NCBI GenBank assembly: GCA_002104945.1
Contig: MCFH01000001.1
Span: 1,922,001 to 1,986,000 of the forward strand
Origin: Piromyces finnis finn
Lineage: Eukaryota; Fungi; Neocallimastigomycota
DNA: 64,000 bases
Direction: 5' to 3'
The notes under the pieces are model-generated. The model did not search any database. It had not been told where the DNA came from and saw only the letters and a program-made list of their open reading frames with translations. Position numbers and translations under genes: made by a program. Below, piece after piece: positions 50,101-64,000 of the stretch. Each line of letters begins with the position of its first letter. The stretch's first letter is position 1.

Positions 50101-53100
50101 TTATTTTCTTTTAATATTATCATAGTTCTTATTAAACATTATATTATATTTATTTTTATATAAATTGAATGAACATTAAATATTATATGAAATTTTTTTT
50201 TATTATACAATTTCTTTTTTTATTGTATATTATTTATATATAAATTTGTTAATGACTTGAATAATTAATTTAATTAAAATATGATTGATGTAAGTTGAAA
50301 AAATAAAAAACTTTATGTATTTTGGAAATATATTATATATATATTTTGATAAAAAATACAACTCATATAAAAGTATTATTCAGAAAATATTATATATAAT
50401 TATTATATAATATAATACAATATATGGATATAATAATAAATTAATAAATATGCTCCTTTTAAAAGTTTATAAAAATAAAAGGTCCTGAGGTATATGAATT
50501 ATATATGATTTTTATTACGCTTGATTATATTATACTTTTTATTTTTTTTACTGTTTTAGTTATATTATATTTTTGTAACTTTTTATTTATATATTTATTT
50601 ATTTCCTTTTTATTGTTTAAAATCTATTACTTTAAGTTCTTTACAATCCTTCTTAATTTCTTAGAAATATAAGCTGTTAAAGATCCTTTTTTTATTTTTT
50701 TTTTCATGTATTCATTAAAATGTTATAAATTTCACCTTTTTTTTATAAATTGTTTTTTGTAAATAATTTCTTCTTCTTTTTTTATAAGTATTCCACTATA
50801 TATATTGTTTTAGAAAATAGTTAATTTTATTATGTGAAACTACATTTATTTAGTTTTACTTTTTCTTTAATTGTTGTTTATGAAAATAAAAATTGAAAAA
50901 AAAAATAGTATAATTAAAGAAAATTAATTAACTATTAATGTAAAAAAAAAACAACTTTGAAAACTTTTCCTTTGTGTATGTAAATATCTACTTAGTTAAT
51001 TTTATATTTATTATTTCTTTATAATTTAACCTAAAAAATATTATAGTCGAAAAAATAAAAAAAGTAAACCAAAAAAAAAAAAAAAAAATACTTTATTTTG
51101 GAAAACAAAAAATATATATAATTAAAAATTTAATTTGTATAATTATATAATAATTTAATATATTAAAACCATAATAACATATATATAAAAAAGGAGAAAA
51201 TGATAGGAGGAAAGAATTAATTTGTAATTATTTATTCTTATGATTTTTTTTAGTAAAAATGCTTATATATATTTTAATATATAAAACTTCAAATATTACA
51301 ATGAATAATTAGGATTAATAATAAATATTGAATTGCATTCAATATCTATTCTCTAAATAATTATAATGAAGTAATTACTTTTACAGTTTAAATATTAATG
51401 TTATAAATCTAATTCCATTTACACCATAACTTTCATCATTTAAACCAGATCTAGATAATAAAGTAGTTATTGTCCTACCATATAATATTTAATAATTTAA
51501 AAATCCACTCTTATTACAAACAAGTTGAGTAAAATATATTTCTGGGCACTGATACAAACATAATATGTTTATATTGTGTTATATTACAAAAATTAAATAT
51601 ATAATATATTAAAATATACTTGTACATATAATTTCTATACTTATTAATTTTATTTAAATATTTTGATTTTCTATAATTATTAAAGTTAATAATTAACTAA
51701 TATTATTCTTAATTTATAATTTGATCAAAATTCTAATTAAATATAATTGCATAATATATTATAATTAATTCAATCAAATTAATAATTAAAATTTGTATAT
51801 ATTATAATAACTATTGATTAAATAGAAAATAAAAAATGTTCATCTTTTTCTATAAAAAACAAAACAAAATAAATATGGTTTATATATTAAGAGTTTTTTT
51901 TTTTTTTTTTAAATGTTCTTATAATTTCAATTAAGATATTTAGATGATGTAATAATGTATGATTGATAATTGTTTTTTTTTTTTTTTTTTTTTACTAAAA
52001 TACTTTTACCTCTTCTGTTATATAATACAAATTAATAATCTTTGAATTGTCTCTAATTTAAATATATAAAAAAAATATCATGATCATCGAAAATATAAAT
52101 AAATAAAAAAAAAAATTAATTAAAATTATAACTTTTTAATATTATTTAAATATATTAAGATTTGTGTAATGTAGATTTGAGTAATTAAATGGAAATTAAA
52201 ATTTCAATTTATTATTAATTATAATTCATTAAAACAAAAAATATTATAAAAAGTGAAAAAAGAAATAAAAAAAATCTTAAATATTATTAATAACTTATCA
52301 TGTTATTAATAGTTCACCTTAAAATTCATTACACCTTTGATGATGGAATTGTACTTTAAGGCACTTATTTTCTAAATTATTAATACATTTTTATTAAATT
52401 ATAATTTGTATATGTGTATTAATTCTATAAAATGAAAAATATTATACTTTTGGTTATAATTATGATAATAGGAATGGCTATTTTGAAAGAAGTCATTCCT
52501 ATAAGATATACTTCCTATTGAGTATTGATTGTTTAACTAATTTTTAATTGAACATTTTTAATAAATGGCTAAAATAAAAATAAATTTATATAAATAAAGA
52601 AATATTAAAAAATACTTTTAAATTTAATTAAAATTATACACCATAAGGAAAACTAAATGATACAAATATATATAATGGTTAAATAAGAATATATTTAAAT
52701 AAGTTAAATGAATATTCTATTATATATATATATTTATATTTGATAAATGGATGTGATTTATTAGCATAAATAATACTATAAACATTAATCAAACACACAC
52801 CTCTCAGTAACCTATTTTTACAAATAAAATATAATATTAATTATATAAATATTATGTAATATATATAATTTATCATAATTTTATTTTATTTTTTCCTTTC
52901 ACTGAAAAATATTACAATATCCGTCTATTTCTATTTTATTAAAGGAGAAAAAAAATAATGAAATAATATTAATCGATTAAACTGTTTAATATAAACATAT
53001 AAATATATATATAAATACAAAATAATAAAAATAAAAAAAAAATATGAAATAGAAATTATACGTTTTTAAACAATCGGATTTAATGAATTATTTTCATTCC

Positions 53101-53110
53101 AAATTTTAAT

Positions 53111-56326
<3,216 letters not shown>

Positions 56327-56555
56327 TTTACTTTTATTTTAAAAACGAAAGCTTTTTTAAAAATAAATTTTTGAATTTTTTTTTTTTACTATTGAAAAAA
56401 TACTTTTCACAACAGTTTGCTATTTGTAGTTTTATTTTTAATGGTTTTAATTTTTGAAAAGAAAACTTTTTATTGGTGATTGGACAATATAACATTTTTT
56501 AATGGTATTATAAATTTTTATTATCATTTAAAATTATAAATTTTATTTTATTTAA

Positions 56556-56601
<46 letters not shown>

Positions 56602-57650
56602 TTAACATTAATAATTATAAAATTATGTGTTTCAAATAGGATCAAACATCAATTCACTAGCCTAACAATATCAACATATTTTTTATTATAAATAAACATC
56701 TCATTTTCAAATTTGTCTTTTTTTTCTTTAAAAAAAATAACAAATATAATACATAAATATATAAAAATATAACAATAATTGAGATTTTCTTATTAATTAT
56801 ATATTAATAAACAAAAATTATAATAAAAAAGGTACACTTAAATATTATTTTTTAATTTTATAAGTATATTTACAATATAAATATAAATATATATAAATAT
56901 AAATATAAATAACAAAACAAAACAATATTTTAAAAATTATGTATGGTAGTTTTTTTAATTTTTAGTAAAAATAAAAATTAAATGATACTCTATGAAATTT
57001 TTATTATTTGTAAATAACATTTAAATGTTTTATTATAAAAAAAAAAAAAGATTATATGAATATCATATAAATATATACTTTTTGGTAATTTCATATTGAA
57101 ATATTCAGTAATAGCAATAAGATAATAGATTATTTATAATAATCATAGTAAAGAACAAAATTTTAAATAAAGTGATATGTAAAATCCATTTCATTTCATT
57201 AAATTTTTGAATCAATGAAATCTGTAAATGAAATATTCTGCATTACCTACTTTCCTTCTTTATAATACATTTTATAACAAATTTTATTTACGCAAATTCA
57301 CAAACTATAAAATTAATTAATTGATATATTGGATAATATAATATATAAAGAAATTTTGTTCATAATAAAATATGTAATCTTTCATTATAAAAGCGTTTTT
57401 TTTTTTTTTTTTAAAAAAAAAAAAAGTATAAAAGTAAATAAATAAATAAATAAAAAACAGAAAATAGAAAATGTATTATTATTATGATTCTTAAATTCTG
57501 ATTATAATATTGACATTATAATTAAAAAAAAATAAAAAAAAAAGTAATTAATAAAAAATTAATTACTAAATAAATTGAAAATTAAAAAAAAAATATATAT
57601 TGAAATTAAATATTTAAATATACTCATATTACCTTTTTTTTTTTTAATAA

Positions 57651-57745
<95 letters not shown>
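57651..57745. repeat. (AAT)n microsatellite
   Basis: About 31 perfect units upstream of TRAPPC13. Confidence 0.95.
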
Positions 57746-57748
<3 letters not shown>

Positions 57749-57945
57749 TTTTATTAATATTTTTTTCTCTGTTTTTATATATAATACTATATAAATTATC
57801 AACATTTCGTATTGCATAATATATTCATCATATAACTATATTTATACATTTAATTTACATTCACATAATAAAATATAATAAACACTATATAATAACTAAA
57901 GTAATCAGATATCATATAATTTAGTAATATAAAAAAATCATAAAA

Positions 57946-59379
57946 ATGGCACAACCGTCAAATAAAGAACAACAACCCATTTCCCTTAGAGTTATGAGAC
58001 TCTCCAAACCGATATTTTCTAATGAAGATGTCAACTACTATGAACCTACCAATAATATTATTACAAAGGCTTTAGATCAGACTACATCTAAAATATTATC
58101 CTCCATTGATTCACAACAACTCTATCCTATGATTAATATGTCCTCCTTTTTACCTAATAATAATTCCGACTCATCATTATTGAACTCCTCCTCAAATTCT
58201 TCTCTTAATCGATTAGTATCTTCTGTTGATAACACCTATCCAGAACCTAGAATGAGAGATTATACCGATACCGAAATTTTAAAATTACCACCAAATTTTG
58301 GTATGATTTATCTTGGGGAAACTTTTATCACATATATTTGTTTAAATAATGAAACAAACAATACTGTTCGTTCTGTTTCAGTAAGAATTGAACTTCAAAC
58401 TTCTTCACAAAAATTACTTTTAATAGAAAATCAACCTACTGATCTTGAAGTTAAAAAGAATTTAGAATATATTAGTCAATATGAAATTAAAGAATTAGGT
58501 GTTCACATACTTATATGTACTGTATTTTATATGACAGATACAAATGAACAACGTACGATAAAGCGTTTCTACAAATTTCAAGTTCATAACCCAATTGCTG
58601 TTAAAACTAAAGTCAATAGTTTATCTGATGGAAGAATATTCTTTGAAGCTCAAATTCAAAACACTTCTCAAGATCGTATGTATTTAGAAAAAGTTTCTTT
58701 TGAACCTCATGAAAGTTATCACTGTAAAGATTTAAACTATGTTGTACAACAAGCCAATCCTTATCTTAATGATTCTAATAAACCTACCAAGGAAAATAGT
58801 CAAGCCATAAAAGATGGTGCTATTGTTAACACTACTAAACAAAAAAGTATCTTTGGCTCTAGTAATATTTTATTAGCTGACAATGTACGGCAATATCTTT
58901 TCATGTTAGAACAAATTCCGGGAATTACACCTTTAAATAAACTTGGTAAATTAGATATTCAATGGAGAACCAACTTTGGAGAAGTAGGCCATCTTCAAAC
59001 CTCTACTCTTTCCCGTAAAATACCACCAATTGAATATTTGCATGTAAAAGTAAAATCAATTACTCCAGAAATTATTCATGTAGAACAACCCTTCCAATGT
59101 ACTATTGAAATCACAAATAATTCACCATCTGATATGAATGTTCAATTTAATCTGACAAAGCATGATTATAACGGTAGTATTCTCTGTAAGGGAAAGTGTA
59201 TGAGAAATATGCGAGTAGAATCACAAAAATCTCAAACTTTTACCATTCAATTTATACCCATTATTAGTGGTTTACATTCCTTGGGTGGTTTTAAAGTCAT
59301 TGATATTGTTACTGGTCTTAGTAAAGATTTAGATCATTTAACAGACATATACGTATATGATGAAGAAGATCTTTCTTAA
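57946..59379 (+). CDS. TRAPPC13: TRAPP complex subunit 13 (DUF974), single exon
   Basis: ISLRVMRLSKP, LPPNFGMIYLGETF, ELQTSSQK, EIKELGVHILICTVFY, FYKFQVHNP, LGKLDIQWRTNFGEVGHLQTS. Confidence 0.92.
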   Translation: MAQPSNKEQQPISLRVMRLSKPIFSNEDVNYYEPTNNIITKALDQTTSKILSSIDSQQLYPMINMSSFLPNNNSDSSLLNSSSNSSLNRLVSSVDNTYPEPRMRDYTDTEILKLPPNFGMIYLGETFITYICLNNETNNTVRSVSVRIELQTSSQKLLLIENQPTDLEVKKNLEYISQYEIKELGVHILICTVFYMTDTNEQRTIKRFYKFQVHNPIAVKTKVNSLSDGRIFFEAQIQNTSQDRMYLEKVSFEPHESYHCKDLNYVVQQANPYLNDSNKPTKENSQAIKDGAIVNTTKQKSIFGSSNILLADNVRQYLFMLEQIPGITPLNKLGKLDIQWRTNFGEVGHLQTSTLSRKIPPIEYLHVKVKSITPEIIHVEQPFQCTIEITNNSPSDMNVQFNLTKHDYNGSILCKGKCMRNMRVESQKSQTFTIQFIPIISGLHSLGGFKVIDIVTGLSKDLDHLTDIYVYDEEDLS

Positions 59380-59686
59380 AATAAAAAAAGAAGTAGAAAA
59401 CAATAGTAAAAAAAAAAAAAGAGAGAGAAATAACAGTATGAATAGATTATAAAAAATAACATCAATCAAATTATAAATGTATCTAAAACATTAATTATTA
59501 TCAATAAAATACAAAAAATTAAAAAATAAATAAATAAAAAATCATTAATATCATCATCATCATCATCATCATCAAAAATTGAATACAATAATTAAAAGGA
59601 CAAAATATAAAATAAAATTAATATGTAAAAAATATATATATATATATTTTATAATATAATAAACTGAGTAATGCTAACAAATGAAC

Positions 59687-59717
<31 letters not shown>

Positions 59718-59902
59718 ATATATTTATTTATTTATTCCTTTTTACAAAATTAAATATAATAATTTGTAATTTTAATAAACTTATTTTAAATCTATTTTAT
59801 CAACAAAATAAATTAAAAATTATATATTGAAAATTCTGGAAAGATTATTCATATGGTTATAATTAAATTTATATATATTTTCATGTGTTTTTTATTATTA
59901 AT

Positions 59903-60008
59903 CAGTAATAATAGAAAGAAAAAAAGTTTAATATTGTACCATTTATAATCTAACAGTAATAATAATAGAAAGAAAAAAAAGTTTAATATTGTACCATTTA
60001 TAATCTAA
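59903..60008. repeat. Two-copy tandem duplication (51 + 55 bp)
   Basis: CAGTAATAATAGAAAGAAAAAAAGTTTAATATTGTACCATTTATAATCTAA occurs twice; copy 2 has an extra AAT and one extra A. Confidence 0.9.
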
Positions 60009-63000
60009 GAAATATAATAAACTTTAATAATTTTATAAAAACAATAACTTTTTTTTTTATTGCAATTAAAAAGTAGTATACGAAATATCTATGTTAATAA
60101 TATAATTAGATATAAATAAAGCAATAAAGTTATTAATTTAGACATTATTATAAAATTTGTGTTATTCTACTTTTTTTTTTTTTATTTTTGTTTTTATTTC
60201 TTTAGCTTCTTTGATTTTTCTATGATCCTATAATATTATCCTATTAGTATTTAAAGTTTTTTAGTTTAAGATCATAATTTATTTAAATAATAATAATAAA
60301 TAAGATTTCTTTTAGATTATTTTAATTAATTAAAAAAACAATTCATAATTCATTATTATTGTTTTGATATTTAATGTTATTATTAAAGAATAGTTGTTAT
60401 TATTTCTATTATACTACTTATTAACTTCATCAATTAAACTAAAAAAAGTCTATTACTATAAAAAAAATAATAATAATTAGAAAATAATTTTAATTAATAC
60501 AAAATTTAATTTAAAATTTATACTAAAACTTTAATAATTATTATTCTTTTCGTTCATCCTAAATTTTAAATTTAAACTTTATTATTATATTAAATAATGG
60601 AAAATTATAAACTTTAATTTAAATCTTTAGATATAATCACAGAACCAAAAATGGAATAATTAATGATATTTATGTTGAAAATTTTAAAGTTTATTAAATT
60701 AAAAAAAATAAAGTCAAATATTTCTATAAATGGAAATCTACTTTTTTAAAAGGTATTGTGACATAAAACGATTGGATTTTTTAACAGCCAAAATTAAAAA
60801 AAAAAAAAAAAAGCTGGATTCCTTTAGTAGAATATTTGTTATTATACATTATATACATTATATGAAAATTACTAAATGAACAAATACTGATAGATAAAAT
60901 AAATAAAAATTAAATCTGATAATTGTATTATTGGTTAAAAGTAAAAAAAAAAAAAGTATAAAAAGATCTTATGAATAAATACAAAAACAATATAAAGGAT
61001 CGATGATAAAAAAGATTAATTAAAAATCAAAAAAGTAGTAAAATACTAAAAATAATATATTTAAATTCTTTTATAATCTTGCATATACATATATATTTTT
61101 ATTAATTATTAATTTATTAGTTCATTTTATATTTAATCCTTAATATTTTCTTTATGTTCTTTTATTATTCTATAATTGTGGTAGTCATTCATTGTTTAAT
61201 TATTTTTCTTTACATAATACGAGTCAACAATTATTTACAACATTCTATATTTTTATATATCCCTTTTTTACTCATTATTATGTTTATTCCTATTATTGTT
61301 ATTTTTCAAAAAATTGATTTATAAAAAACTTATTTAATTTTATTATTATATTATATATATTTTAAATCTTTATTATATTCTAATATATCATCATCATATA
61401 ATTATATTTATGAAATATTAATTATATGTAATCAATTGTAAAGTTGATTTTTCATAAAGCAAAATATATTATTAAATATATTTTAATGTTATTTTATTAT
61501 TGTTAATAATATATTGCTACATATATTATTAATATTAAAACTTATTCAATTTTAATTAAAATTAAGGCTAATAGTGATGAAGGAAAATCACATCATTTTT
61601 ATATGTAACCTTTTCATTAATATTTATATTTTGTATTCATTTAATTAATTTATGGTATTTATATTGTAATATATTCTCAGTTATATATTATTAATTTAAT
61701 TAATAGGTATAATTCAAGATAAGTTGTTTATTAAATAGGCTCTTTTAATTTAATTGTTTTTTACATATTAATATGTATTGATTATGTATATTATTTATAT
61801 ATAAGCTATGGTTTTGTAATTGTATAATAAAAAGAATAATAATAAAGTTTAATAGTATCTTCTTTAAAAGTTAATTAAATAATAAATATATTAAATTAAA
61901 TATCAATATGAAAAATAAACTCTTTCTAAATAAATAATATATGATCATATATTAATCTTTATTAATTAAATAATAAAGTTTAAGATTTTAAAATTTATAA
62001 TCATTATTAAAAAAGTAAAAAATAAATGAATAGATAAATAATTATATAGGAAAGTAAATGAATGAATAAATAAAAAACTAATTAAAAAGAAAAAAAAGAA
62101 AACTAATTTAATATTAATTTATAAACTATTATTAATATAAGCATTATCTTCTTCATTTATTAAACTATTTATTTCTTCAATATTTTCCTTTTTCTTTTTT
62201 TTTTTCTCTTTTTTTGTAAACTTATTTCATAATTTAAAAATATTGGGATTAGATATATAAAGTATCAATGTTTACAACATTTAACTTTACCAAATAACAA
62301 AAACATTATATATATTTTATTGAAACAAAAACATCATTATTAAATTCTATATAACTATTTTTTACAATTTGGAATTTTAAACTTTTATGTGAAATCATTC
62401 TTTCACAAATGAATACTATATGATATAAATTTTTCTATTGACATAATACTGTTTTCTTTTTTATAATATTAAAATAACAAATAACTTTTTATTCTAAAAA
62501 AAAAATAGACTCCATATTTTTAAGTTATAAAATAAAATAATATAAATTCAAACATGAATTGATATATAATTGAGTTAAAAAAAACATGTATTTTATATTT
62601 TAACTATTTTTTTTTTTTTACAAAGGTTTTATTATTATCATATACATTTTATAGAATTTATAAAATAACAATTTTTGATAAAAAATATCTCATAAATATT
62701 TCGTCATCCAACTAAATATCTTTTATTAGCAACAATAATAATTAATAATTACTCTTTTTATTTTCTTCAATACATGTTGCTATTATAAACTAAACATACC
62801 AATACTAAAACTTTATATGTTATGTAAAGTAAACATTACTATTTTTGTATATATATGTATATAATTCTGTAACAGCGACAACAAAAAAGAAGCCAATTTA
62901 TGTTTATTTGATTACAAAAAAAAAAAAAAAGAAAAAGATAATAATATCGATAATTAAATTTCTGTAAAATATATTATTTATAAATAATTAGAAACTAAAA

Positions 63001-63514
63001 AATTTAACATTATAATTTTTCAATAAAAATCTATTATAAATATTTCTTTTCATAAATTAAAAAAAAAAGGAAATAGTAATATATAGATTTTATATATATA
63101 TATATATATATTAAACATTACATATTTTTTAAAAATCTAAAATATATTTTATATGTTGATTCATATAAATATTATTTTCGATACTCAATTTATTAACAGT
63201 AATAAGAATAAAAATTATTCTTTATTATTTTATTATTATCTCTTTTATTGATATATAAAGATTTTTGATTTTTTAATATTTTTAATATAATTTTTTTTTT
63301 TTTTTTTTGAATAAGTTTGCGTTTTTCATTATAACGATTTTTCAAAATATAATAATTTTCTTTAAAATAACATACATTTTTACTACATTTTTAAAATAAG
63401 AATTTAATTATTTTAAAACTTTAAAATTATTTAAAAAAAACTAAAAAGTGGATATAAACTTCAAATAAATTTTAAAAAGACATTCTTTTTTCTTTTAAAA
63501 AAATAAGAATAAAA

Positions 63515-64000
63515 ATGGACATTGACTGTGAATGGTGTATTTGTGGAAAAAAAACAACTGTAAGTAAACTATAAAAATTTAAAAAAAGATATATTTCTAA
63601 AAAAGAAAAATAATTAAAAAAAAATAATCTTTTTTTTTTTTTTTTTATTCTAGAACGGAAGACTTTATTGTTCAGAAGAATGTAAACTCTCTGATTGTAC
63701 TTCTGATTCTTCTACTAATTCAGATTATTCTCCTCTTTCTAATCATTCACCCAATTTTATACCAAAGTTTTATAGTACTTCATCAAAAAAAATGAATAAA
63801 AATTATATTCAAATAATGAAAGGTGGCAATAATAAGACCATGACTCACAATTATAATTATAATTATATTAATGGTTCTGTTCATAAAAAAAGTAGTTTTC
63901 AAAATAAGATTTCAAATTCTTCACCCATGAATCAAAACCAAATCCCCCTAAAAACCAAATATAATCAAACTGATTTAATGAAATCTTACAGTGGTCTAAT
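63515..64000 (+). CDS. Ecl1-like zinc-binding protein, 5' part (runs off window)
   Basis: Exon 63515-63559 (MDIDCEWCICGKKTT), GTAAGT...TAG intron, then exon from 63654 (NGRLYCSEECKLSD...) open to the window end. The WC.C...LYCSEEC..D motif resembles the Ecl1 domain. Confidence 0.7.

Overview
Very AT-rich, intron-rich eukaryotic DNA. Composition and gene set suggest an anaerobic gut fungus (Neocallimastigomycota-like); this is inference only. In order, the window holds: a near-complete, apparently intact Ty1/copia LTR retrotransposon (1-5855) whose primer-binding site matches the anticodon arm of tRNA-Lys(CUU), implying half-tRNA priming; glycogen debranching enzyme; an unexplained structured island bracketed by poly(A)-tailed direct repeats (~17.3-17.8 kb); a DGK-epsilon-like diacylglycerol kinase; tRNA-Gln(CUG); TRM7; RAD18; PPP2R3C; two tandem four-domain EEEE-filter cation channel paralogs with different voltage-sensor charges and intron sets; PRMT3; TRAPPC13; and the 5' end of an Ecl1-like gene. 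There is no CRISPR array or rRNA. Multi-exon genes are given as start-to-stop spans with exon boundaries read by eye. No database searches were run.
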